From assembly GCF_964204865.1 (NCBI RefSeq), contig NC_135252.1:10416001-10480000 (forward strand): 64,000 nucleotides of DNA, given 5' to 3'. The notes beneath the pieces are model-generated. The model was not told the DNA's origin. It did no database searches and saw only the letters and a list, made by a program, of their open reading frames with translations. The number at the start of each line of letters is the position of its first letter. Position 1 is the first letter of the stretch. Source of the stretch: Styela clava. Its lineage: Eukaryota. This document shows positions 52,701-64,000 of this stretch, piece by piece. A program made the position numbers and the translations under genes.

Positions 52701-55700
52701 TAGGTATCCTATTCTGTGTCAAAAAACAAGAACAACAAGGGAGCTATGCTCAAATATATGGACACGTTTACCGATTCCAAAGCAAGCCCCAACATTAAAA
52801 GACATCAGTTATAACAGTTCTATTAATTTCAAGAGTCTTGCTGCACACTTACACAAATATATTTCTGTAACGTTCTTCGTGTCTTGCTGCACACTTACAC
52901 AAATATATTTCTGTAACGTAACGTGTAGACTTCTTCAGACAAGCATTTTACAACTATCAACGATAGTTGATTTGGTTGTACAACGATAGTTGTAAAATGC
53001 TTGTCTGAAGAAGTCTGACCTCGGTCAGACGAAACGTTACAAAAATATATTTGTGTAAGTGTGCAGCAAGACTCTTGAATTGAATAGTTATTTTCAATCT
53101 TGCTAGAGCATCTTTGCGTTATACGCATACGGATTCATCTGCGCAAAGGCATAGAGCAAGGAAAGGTAGTTAGTTCCACGTAACTTCAACTCTTAGTTAA
53201 GTTATAACAGTGATTGCGAGCCCCGCTTTCACGAGGCAGTTACGGGTTGGAACGAAAGAATATGAAGAGGAGTGCCAGCGTATGTGTCCGCAGAACGTTC
53301 GGTGACATCATAACAAACAAAAACTAACCCCACAGAGCTAACAGAAATAAATAAAATAAGTTCTAGAGAAAAATTAATATAAACTTAAAAATAAATAAAA
53401 AATTTTTAATAAAAAATAAACCAATGAAGATTTTGACGAAATTGGTCTAGTAATCAAGCGGAAAAGCGATTTTTAAGATTTCCACTAGGTGTCCTATTCT
53501 ATATCAAAGAACAACATAACAACAAAACAATCGTTATGTCCACTACATGTCCAACAAAAACAACATAATAACCTAAAAGATCAATGCTCAAATATATGGA
53601 CACGTCCATCAGAGCGAAACAGTCCTTACCTTTGACGCTACCGGTACCTACGGCGCTGCTCGTCATAGCAGAGCAAGAATTTCGTTACACACCACCGACG
53701 TTCGATGTGCACGTGATCAAGGGAACAAAAAGAAGAGTGCCAGCATAAAAATAAATCCGTTACGTGTCAAAAAAACAAATCCCACAGTGCTATCAGGAAT
53801 ACTTGAAACAAATAAAAGTAATAGCTTTCTGAAAAAAAAGTTCATCATTAACCACTGAAAATTTTGAGTAAATTGGTCCAGTAATCAAAGGGAAAGGCGA
53901 CTTTTCCACTAGGTGTCCAAAAATAATACAAAACGATCGTTATGTCCACTGACGTGTCCAAAATCCATCGTTATGTCCACTAACGTGTTCAATAATGATC
54001 GCAATGAGCATGATAGAATATTATTACTGACGTCACAAAGGGAAATCATTCATCTGTCAACTAACATTCTAAGGTCACCGATGGCATTTGTTGATAATAA
54101 TCTTTAGCAGAGGAAAACAAAATGGCGATCTAGTTCACAGTCGACATGTTGCAAAAAGGTTATTTTACTTTCAAATTACTATATCATGCCAAAGACTTCT
54201 TGCGTTTAATGACAATGACGGCGGTTTGTTTAGTGAGGTTATAGGCGAAAAGTATTAATAGCTAATCTAAAAATTCTGACAGACACAATTCTTTTCATCG
54301 CAGTAATTACTAGTATATATAAGTACTAGTATATCTTCAACCACCAAAATCCTCTCTTGCGTCTGCTGACAGTTTTATATCCAAGTCCATTGCAGAGCTG
54401 ATAATGTATATATGGGGTTGTAGTTTCCAGACAAGTAGTAGATTATCGATTATCACGAGCGCTGTTTCCTTCGGTTTTACCTAATGTTTCTTGACACAAA
54501 CACTTTCAGTGTCACAAAACACTAATACCTTGCCATAACTATACAATTATCGGTAATAACCCGTAATACGAGATTAAAAATTAAATTTAAATTGCAAAGT
54601 CATTGAGCCAAAAACTAGAGTTAGAAGCGTGGGTTATCCGGTTCTGATCTTGCACAACAGACCACAACACATGTGATTACGGTTCCTGTGGTCGAAGTAA
54701 TAACTTTGGGTTCTCGCAGGCTTTAGTATTTTAGATTGTCAGAGTCAAAGATTATGGATGATTTGTTAAAAATAGTGTTTTAGGAGAATTTGGCATTTCG
54801 TCGCGATACTTTGTGGCAAGGGATTTTGATAATATGTATTTTGAACGGTTATTTTCAGTCGGATGAGAGAAGGCTGAAATCAAAACAATTATTATTTGTT
54901 GAAACAAAAGTTAGGTATAACCAGGCAGAAAATAATGACTGTTTTTGGGGCGATAAATAAAAATCATAGTTTGTTGAATAGAGACAACAATGCTCAAATC
55001 TATGGACACGTAGATTGAATGAATACGCCAGTGATTCTCAAACTTCTTTGTATTGTGACGCCCTTCAAAATATGCTCAAGTTGCGACTCCCTAACAAAAA
55101 TACTTGATACCTTTCTTTGAAAGATCTTTTTCGAAAACATTGTTTTTAAACGATCGTACAAAACTTGGGGGATGGGTGGGTGTACTCTTTTTACAAATGG
55201 TATTGAATCTTGTGGGTGAATTCTGAAAAAGTTGCAAGCATTTACTTTATTCGAAGAAATTCAAAAACTACTTGAGAATCTTCTTTTTATAATTTACTCT
55301 ACAGTATAATTTTTTACGCAACACAAAACAGGTACAATTTTGCAAAAGGAGAAGAGTTTTGCGACGCCATAGCAAAATTGTAACGACGTCGCGACGCACA
55401 CTTTGAGAACCACGGGAATACGCCAATAACACTATTTTCAACGGCGTTCCCCCAGACGACCAACAAATAATATTTGTTCGTTTCCTATTCGGATAAATAT
55501 CCGGAAAATCTTGGGAACGGAGAAGTGTGCGGTATTGCAGTGAAAATTTATATGGTTCACAAACTTGCCATTTGTTTTTACTTGCTATAAAAATAAACGA
55601 AATATGCCGCGCTTTGGTCAAGGAATACCTACCTGAAATGAAATATCTGACAAAATTCTATTTGGTGGCAGTATGAGCCGGAATTGCTTATATGTCATTG

Positions 55701-58700
55701 TTTTTTTACTCGTTGTCATATTCGTACTTTTCAATCTCTATTTTATTGCATTGGTCTGCCTAAATTGTTTAAACTTTGACAAACGAGGCTGACGAACATG
55801 ACTTGCCAGATGCACATCGGTACCGTAATGGGGAAGGCGTAGCAACGAGATCGCCGTTGACCAGCACGGATTGACATTCGTGGCAGAAGCGGTTGTGCTT
55901 ATTGATAAAATAAGTGTTCTCTTGAATTATAATAAAAAAAGCAAAAAATTGGGTGAAATATATGGTTCTATCTATGGTCTGTTGCGTATCTAAACGTAAA
56001 ATGGCGCCCAAGGTAAAGTTAAAAATGCGCTCCCATGATCATGGGTTACCAATTTTTATCAACAGCTTTTGTTGAAATGAGATACTTCTACGTTAAATTA
56101 TAAGTAAAATACAGGTTTAAATTGTTTATAATATAAAATTATTTTATTGAAACATTTTACTGAAGCTTGGCACCGAGCCATGGCTGTCATACCCGTACGC
56201 CACTGTTAGATTGTCATAGTTTATAATTTTCAAAAGGCATATTTTCAACTTTATATACGGGAGAATAAGAGCGATTCAAAATTTTGGGCTTGAATTGGCT
56301 TTCATTCCTACTGATTTATACTCAGAATTCGGAAGGCTTTCTATCCTCGTAAACCAACCCCTGATCGCGGCGTGCGGATGGTAGACCTGTAATCGTTTTA
56401 CTAACTTTTTATTGTATACATTTCTGTTATTAACTAAACTTTTCCATCTTTAGCTATATTAAAAAGCGATCGCTTTTAAATTTCGCATAGTAGAGGGTGG
56501 AAGTTATTACTTTTTCAATATTTGACGTCCATTTGTTCAACCTGAATCTCGCTGTTTATTTATAACTAAGTTCATAAATAGTAAGTGCTTCATGAGCAGC
56601 GTATTTTTATGGTGTCGATGTTGCTTGTTTATTTACATAACTGCCCTGTTGTCCTGCGATACTGTCCGTGCGCCCAACTTCATTATATATATAAGTTTAT
56701 AAAAATTCCCCAATTTTTGGTATTGACGGTGACACTGGATTCGTCACCATGTTGTTTATTTTGATACAAAGTTAAGATGAATTTCAACATTGCCGCAACA
56801 ACCAAAGTATTTACATCAATTTGGTGTAAGTCAAAAATTGTTCGATAAACGTTGTCATTCCCGAGGTAATCCGAGGCAAGTTCATCATTATAGATACAAG
56901 CGTAATTGCTCCAAATGTTTGTATTTTTTGTCATATAAAGAAAAACGTTGATGCTAGAGTGTAAGTGAAAAACATATAATATCTCCTGCTTTGTTAGACA
57001 TGCTAATATAGCTTTAACCGTCGTTTTTTGTCAGACTTTTCTCTAAATAACATTTTTACTTTGTACCAATACCTTTGTATCAATCCCATTCTAAATATCA
57101 TCATATTTTGCTTAGGATCTCGGGAAGCAGCATTCTCTGGCTCCAACTTGGCTCTTATAGAATTGAATAAACCCATTTTCAGCAGAAAATCAATTTGCCT
57201 GGATTACGATTGGTCTCGTGACTGGGCAGATTTGTCGTTGGGTAGATCTTTAGGAGGCTGTATTGCTACTGGATATGGTGTCACAGGTATGCCAGAAAAT
57301 TAAATGAATTTTTAATATTTGCTCTTGAACTCGTTTTATAACCAAGTAGACTCGTGCGGAGGGAAAGTCATGGCACGTAAGTGGCGACTGGAGCGCAAGA
57401 AGTTTATTAAGGGTTTGCTGAAACTATCGGAACTATTTATTGGGACGATACTCAAAACAGTTCGGTGACAGATAGTAAAGAAATGAAAATTTTTAATATC
57501 CCCATTTTGTATTTATGCATTTGTAGATATCAGTGAATAGCAACTAAACACTAGGCATTAGAGTATGCCAGCAATTTTTTTTTTTTATGAACCAACGATT
57601 TCTAAGAAAAAGCTGTTGATATATTTATTTTAATTCTGTTAGCGACGGGAAAAGACGCAGAAATATTACAGAAAGTTGCATTTTCTACTGTGTCAATGAA
57701 AACGTGTGCAAGTTATGGAGGAATGTCAAGAAATAGTGAAATATTGTGCGCTTCTGATGATAAAGTTACTGGAAGAGACACTTGCAAAGTAAGTTAGAAT
57801 ATGGAAATAATGAATGAAATTTACTGGTAAACACCATAGAATTTACGTGACGACAACTGAAGCTTTTCTATGTTAGGTTAAGTAATGCCATTTCTATAGA
57901 AAAATATAATCGCTAATCGCATTTCGTCAAAATTTTACGTGAGATGCCACGTAATCACTTTGACATGAAGACATTGTGGGCTGAACTTGACCGGATTTTG
58001 ACAAAAACGTGATGTTGAGTTTATTTTGATATTTCTTCATCCTATTTATTGTCGCGTGTCTCAGTTTTCTGTTTATAATATGAAGAAATACTTGACACTC
58101 ATTCATTTTTCAATGTAATTTGCATCAGAAAACTGCCCAGTTAAATATGTGCCAATGATACACGTATTATCGAATATGTATTATCTACTATTCAAGTTTA
58201 ATCAATGTAAACGACATATACTAAATAATTACCGTAATTCGTCATGTTTGCTGTGTATATCTTTAACCTCTTTGTTTGTAGTCCGCATATTTCATCAATG
58301 ACAATTTTTTGGAATTGTTTATGCTATCACAGATCACCAAAAGAGCCCGATTACGAAAACAAAATCGCTATTCTTGTTTATTGATAAATATCGTTGATCA
58401 CAATGATGTGGCTGAAGTGCCATGCTGACACCACTCAAACTTTTATACTACAAGACAAATGATTGTTTTTCTCATCAATCCCAATTTGTTTTTTTCCTAA
58501 TCTTCTTTTAGAGGAAAGAATATTCTATTTATCAAGAATTTTATTCAATACTACAATTCGATATGCGCTCTATATTGATTGCAACAAACTTATGGTCATT
58601 TTTCATAATAAATAAATAAAACAGTAATTTATATATTAGTCAAAAACTGAAAACGGGATATTGTCACTCATAATCAAATTATGTAAGACTATTGTTGCCC

Positions 58701-61144
58701 AATTTGAGCTTTTTCTGAACTGTTGTCAACTAGTCTATTAATTCGGACTCTATCGGATGGACGCTGAAACACTTTGATTCTCTGTTTGTGATATACGTTC
58801 AAATCTTTCTGGCAGAGTTTTAACGTCGTATTGATAACATTTCAAACATGAAAAACGATATACCATAGCAGATAACTGGTTTTGGATTTGACATCGTAAA
58901 TACCATATCTAGCATGAGTTAGGCTACTTGAACTGATGGATGCAATCAAGAAGAAAAAATTCGTTTGTCATCGAATTAGAGGCGCATTTTCACGTAATTC
59001 GCTATTATGACAGCACATGACTGCGTCATAATGCACATTGAGTTTAAATCCGGTTACTATCAATTCGCCACATTTCTCACGATGGCGTGACGATGTGACA
59101 ATGGCAATCATTAGCTGAATCTTTATATACAAAACCGAAGAAAAGCAATTCAACTAATTATACTATTTCCGGCTTAGTGATTTGGTATATGAATCAAGCA
59201 TTAAATATATTTCCCATATATTATGAATATCCTATTTTACATTTACCGCAACCAAAAAATGTTTAAATTTCGAAACAATTACATTTACCGAAGTAGGTCG
59301 GGAAACCGCTTCTGAATAATTATGAATTGAAAATTGAAGGAGTTTTATTGTTCTCGTCTCAACAGTTGAATAATTTGATTTTAAATTACTGCACCGATTA
59401 CACAGCGGTGGCACGATGGAGAAGGCTCGAATGTTAAACGAAAAGTAGGAAACAATCGCAACGAAGAAGACCAACATCTGTCAGAAATAACAATTGATCA
59501 AGATATACCGCCAAATATATAGAGTTATACTCAGTTTGTCACGCTACATCCTAAAGTCACTGGTTTCATCAGACACGATATAAACATAGTAATTCATATA
59601 TGGAATAAGTCGGCGTTGAACTTTAACATAAAGGATAGAGATCAGAAAAAAAATCATATATGTGACGAAAAGGACCTAAATGTTAAACTAACATAAATAT
59701 ATAGCACTGAAAGTATATATCACAAAATTGAAAAAAAAAAATAATTGGCTGGTTTACGAAAAATCAAATGTATACTAAAAAACGTGTCTGGCTTGGCTAT
59801 TAACGTATTGGCATAATATGTATAACATATCGACTTCTCTTAATTTCGTATAAACCAACACACATAATATTTAATACATCTTTTAAAACTGATACTAAAA
59901 ATTAATACAATACTATTCATTTATGGTTGATGTAAAATTCAATAGAGCTACACCTTTTGTATTTCAAATAATCCTTGTTTTGTGTTTATGAATCGTTTCT
60001 GTAACATATAGTTATATATACTCTATAATCAGAAGGAGATATCACGTAATCGCACGCACAAAGTTGTAATTAAGTGATTACAACAAAAATTCAAATCATG
60101 ATATTTGTCATGTTCCATTTTTAATGACTTACCGATCTTTGTGCTGAATATACCACCAAACGTTTACAAAATATGCGAAACATAACCGGACAACGGACAA
60201 TACGCGCCCGTGTTTCTTCATCTCTTATAAAAAAAAAAACTGCTGTTCAAAAACCGGTTATACCGATTTGTGTAATTTTGAAAATGCAGAAAGCTATATT
60301 TATCCGCCGCGCATCAACAATATTCCATTTTATTTCTAGTAAATTTGATGTATGAATTTTGCGTATATCATAAATTGCATATATCGTAAAAATGAATGCT
60401 TTTCAAGAAGATTAAATAGATCCGGGCAATTTGAGAACCGACGCACATGCCATATATGAAAATTTCACGTTTACATCTTTGTTGTTTACTATATATTATC
60501 AATTGTTGAAATTTATGATTTAAAGGGTGATAGTTCTGAAATTTGATATTTATATCATAAATACTTTAACATTCAGGGTGACATGGGTGGTCCACTAGCT
60601 TGTCCTACGTCACGATCTGGATGTAACGGATATTACTTAGCTGCGGTAACATTAGCCGGATCTTCAAAATGCGGAGAAGAAGGAAAACCCGGAATTTATG
60701 CAGCCCTAGCTCCAAACTTGAAATGGATAAGATCAGGTATATGAAGAATGCGACATTTGTTGGAATTTTTCATTGATGTTTGTCATATTAGTATGAAGTT
60801 GTTGTCTATAATCTCTAAGTATTGCAATTGGGGAGAAACTGATTTACGCAAGATTTTATAACAATACAAATAAATACAATAATAAATGAAGAATACCTGC
60901 TCAGTTTTTAAACATCAACTTTACTCTAGTGACAGTTTTATGATAACCCGATACTAATATTTTCATTTTTGTTTCAGTGATGAGCCAAAGAATTCGACGA
61001 AATACCCAGCCAAAAACGCAGGCTTACAATTGCGTCAAGCACATTTTGAAGCATAACAACAGTCATTTAGGATCATCATCATCTATTGTGACGAGTGTTC
61101 CAGAATATCTCGTTTTGAGAGATCTCAACGTCAATGGTATTTGA
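49766..61144 (+). CDS. Secreted trypsin-like (S1A) serine protease homolog, catalytically inactive, 7 exons, ~343 aa
   Basis: Exons 49766-49874, 50072-50237, 51282-51394, 57116-57286, 57643-57788, 60577-60736, 60978-61144 (1032 nt, in frame). Signal peptide; activation site ELR|VTGGS; GEYPWQA, LCGGTLISTKWVITAAHC, SNLALIEL, ICL, CIATGYG, DTCKGDMGGPLAC, PGIYA, WIRS; AATAAA at 61190. Confidence 0.9.
50324..50650. mobile_element. hAT-type MITE in intron 2 of the protease homolog
   Basis: TIRs CAGTGGCTCCGAAA / TTTGGGAGCCATTG; gtgtatac on both flanks (the left copy is offset by 2 nt). Confidence 0.65.
52819..53199. mobile_element. Penelope-like retroelement remnant (inverted terminal-repeat fragments) inserted in array unit 2
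   Basis: 381-bp insert flanked by the 12-bp direct repeat agttataacagt (52807-52818, 53200-53211); the uninterrupted site is present in unit 1 (52200-52211); 52820-53087 is a long inverted repeat containing a hammerhead motif. Confidence 0.65.
52997..53046 (+). ncRNA. Minimal type I hammerhead ribozyme motif (Penelope-type)
   Basis: Stem I 5' strand (augc)uugu; CUGAAGA 53005-53011 plus A; perfect 7-bp stem II GUCUGAC-cucg-GUCAGAC; GAAA 53031-53034; palindromic ACGU stem III; U; stem I 3' strand acaa(aaau). Confidence 0.65.
55029..55415. mobile_element. hAT (Charlie-type) MITE in intron 3 of the protease homolog
   Basis: TIRs CAGTGATTCTCAAA / TTTGAGAACCACGG; perfect TSD gaatacgc (55021-55028, 55416-55423). 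Confidence 0.85.
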
Positions 61145-62802
61145 ATAATGAGACACAATTGTCATATTCTACTGTCATTTCGTATTAAAAATAAACAATG
61201 CTTAATCCGAACTTCGTTTTGTCAACCACAAGGATTGAGCTTCATCGGTGAATTCAGTGAAAACTGACACTTTGACAAAAATGACAAATTTAGTCATTGC
61301 TTTTAAAAGATCTTCAACGATCAACAATCAATCATAGAAGTTCCTTCGCTCCAGTTTCAATGATATGACAAAATCGTAAACATTTCTCAAATAATACGCT
61401 GCTCAGTTTGACCAAATTGTCGATTTATGTTCTATTTTGGATGGTTTAACCATGCAGCCGTTTGTTATTTTACGATTGATAAAATCGAAACATAAAAAAC
61501 GTTAAAAAATAACTGACAATTTTTATTGCATCGAACAATTTCATCTATTAATGAATATCGTATATATTTGAAAAAGTGTTTGCTACATCAAAAAGGAAAA
61601 TATTTTGGACGTAAATTTTCATTGACGTTCCATAAGAAATACAAACGAATTTTCTATAGTGTAGGCTACCTTTTTTGAAAAAATGTCTGTTTATATTAGA
61701 ATTGATGTACATTCTTCTATTACGGAAAGGCATATTTTCCACTAAATCTCAAAGAGATTGAGAGATTTTTATCAAGCTAACTTACCGAATTCAAAAAAAT
61801 AAAAGTATGAATAGCCATGTTTAACAATTCGGAGTTTTTGTGTAAAAATGGAAGAATTATATCTGACATTGTGTAAGTTACTGATACAAATCGTGAATAT
61901 CATTCATTTATTGGAGAATCATTTGTAAAATTAATTTGAAAGTTATAGAATACATTCCTGCGCACATTGTTTTCGCAATAAATTGTAAATGCATATTTTA
62001 TGCTGTTAATGATTTGTTAAACAGGCACAAGTGTAAAAACAGATAATATGAAATGACTCAGTATAATGGAATGAAGTATATAAACAAAAGTAAGGAGACA
62101 AAAACTAGTATATATATCGTAATGTTCCATCTTAAATGTTCGAGGCAAAAGTTTGAGTAAATTAAGATTTTATTTGGAAAAGGGCTAATAATTGTGACGA
62201 GGATTGTGAGTCAACACAGCCTCAGTTGTAAAAAATTATCTCTTATACAGATATATATTTAATAAAAAAATAATGTACAGATTGTTCAAGTGATTTTATT
62301 CCACTCTCATTTAACAATCTTAAATCAAATGTCAACTGAAATATGTAAATAGAAAACTTTATTTTGAAGAGTCAAATCATGAGAGAAATCAAGAATCAAT
62401 AATGTTGACATCTTATTAGAAGTGTAAAGCCAACGAGGCGGTTCAATCATATCCACGACGAGATCAGGATCTTATATGAAATTGGGCATATATGTTTCAT
62501 TCTTTAAATATCCACCACCTAAGTGTGTGCCCATGACTTCCTATATATAGTTTATATTCCTAAACTAAAAAAATCACACACAAGTCGTAAGCAGACAAAT
62601 TAAATTAATGCAAGGAATTTAAGTAACGTTAATCGTTTTTTACAGTGTTTGATGTCTTCTCCTAAATATCTACAATAAGATGAGCTACTGAATTAAATTT
62701 AGCAAAATGATATTTGTTCAATTTCATTGCTTCTCCGATAAGAAGTAATATTTCTCTCCAGCTCCAGTTTCAGTTTGTCTAGACCAGAGTCTCTAGCTAG
62801 AC

Positions 62803-63116
62803 CACCGGTTCTCAACCAGTGGGTCATGGCTCACTGCTGGCCACAGAAACATTTTCAAGTCGGCCACAAACCTATTGAAAATTGGAAGAGTCATTGATAA
62901 AGTTTGTGTGGTTGTAGTTAAATTTTGCTTGCAGTAGCAAGAAATGCTACTGCTGGTTTTGTTGCAGAGTGGTCATTTTCATTCAAATTATAAAAGTGAA
63001 AGTGTCTATATTGCGGGTAGAATTATTTGTTTTTCTTGTAGTTTTACTCTGGCATGAAAATGAAATTTTTGTGCAATAGAAATAGGCCACCGCGGAAAAA
63101 AGATTGAAAACCACTG
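62803..63116. mobile_element. hAT MITE, same family as 40991-41298, inverted orientation
   Basis: Begins CACCGGTTCTCAACCAGTGGGTCATGGCTCACTGCTGG (reverse complement of the 41298 end), ends TTGAAAACCACTG; near-TSD agctagac / gtctagac. Confidence 0.8.
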
Positions 63117-64000
63117 GTCTAGACTCCGGAGTTCTCTGGTCCCTTATATTTTGTCTCATGATTGCCCACTAACGACTACTAAAGTTCCATTAATTGCAAC
63201 GCCAAATTGTATAAGTTGGATGCGTTATAGATTTTCCAGTCCATTTCGGTTAGCTTTAAATGTCAGGATTTTATTTTGCTCGCTGCTACCGTCGAACTTG
63301 AATAACAAAAGAATTTCGTTGAATATAATGTTGATTGTAGTCCGCGCCATTGTTTGTTGGAAAATGCGAGGTAAATAAATATTTTCTTTTCTGTGTTGAC
63401 ATCGATTCATATTAGGGAGGGAGAAGAATTTCGTTTTGTTTGTATTGAGCTTCTTTATTTACTCAATGACAATAGCAGATGATGGATAGCGAATACATTC
63501 CAAAACTTAAAATTCCTAAATAACCATTGGTTTCTCATTTACCACAAATGAAAGGGATTATGAATATATATAAATATTTGTTTTTTGTGATTCTGCTCTT
63601 TGATCATTTCGGCCGGGGCGTCGAATTTAAGCACTTATTGTATATTACAATTATTATGATCAAGAACGAATAAAATAGTCAGAACGAAAAAAAACTTAGC
63701 ATTTGATAGATTGCGTAGACGAAAATTTCGTCTTGTACTAGCTACTGGCAGAAGGCGTTGGCGCTCTCAGTTTAATTTGTAAACAAAAACCAAATACCGT
63801 TGACGATTCAACGATGTGATGTAATTTATGTGAATAAATGTATCCAGTATTAATTTGAGGCTATAAATTCATAAATTGTGTTTGAAGAGAATATTTACAG
63901 CCAGTAACAACACAATGTATATATATATATTTGTAATCTAGTTGATATTTGCACAATGTAAATCTGCGTTTCGTGGACGTTGAATTTAGATAACGGCATA

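Larger units (their letters stand above)
52131..53996 (+). mobile_element. Tandem array of three diverged Helentron/DINE-1-like non-autonomous units
   Basis: Units start ..gctatgc(c/t)caaatatatggacacg (~52137, ~52743, ~53585), share aagaagagtgccag and gaaaattttga..aaattggtcca..ttccactaggt blocks, and end in atcgttatgtccact..c(a/g)tgtccaa (inverted to the tggacacg start). A further 5' fragment lies at ~54990. The repeat is directly visible; the Helentron class is inferred. Confidence 0.55.

Noticed and set aside
60526-60546. Alternative acceptor 51 nt upstream of protease exon 6 reading GGT GAT AGT (G-D-S), apparently restoring the catalytic Ser
   Set aside because: It continues SEI then TGA with no usable donor or frame to GGP; most likely chance or a dead duplication remnant.
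1-64000. CRISPR arrays, rRNA, operons or other prokaryotic systems
   Set aside because: The sequence is spliceosomal-intron-containing animal DNA; no regularly spaced direct repeats or rRNA-like segments were seen.

Overview
Eukaryotic, AT-rich, intron-containing animal DNA. A compact invertebrate chordate such as an ascidian is my guess, but the window cannot prove it. Most ORFs in the supplied track are exon fragments or noise, so I rebuilt spliced gene models by hand from GT-AG sites and frame continuity. Contents in order: (1) the 5' part of an unidentified minus-strand gene running off the left edge; (2) a 13-exon Musashi RNA-binding protein gene (+, 6388-20588) with a ~2.3 kb 3' UTR; (3) a cluster of three 12-exon firefly-luciferase/4-coumarate:CoA-ligase-like acyl-CoA synthetase paralogs, A and B on minus ending in peroxisomal -SKL, and C on plus, head-to-head with B; (4) a 7-exon secreted trypsin-family pseudo-protease (+, 49766-61144) with catalytic Asp->Asn and Ser->Met. 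Introns carry several hAT MITEs with 8-bp TSDs, a palindromic MITE containing TTAGGG, and a Helentron-like tandem array. One array unit is interrupted by a Penelope-like inverted repeat carrying a minimal hammerhead ribozyme. Highlights: paralog C has a TGA exactly at the middle residue of the ancestral PTS1 with the Leu and original stop position retained behind it (possible readthrough-controlled peroxisomal targeting); the hammerhead insertion has an internal empty-site control; Musashi RRM1 lacks two signature RNA-stacking aromatics and has a candidate poison exon; an HNF1-like 16-mer is conserved upstream of the ligase paralogs.
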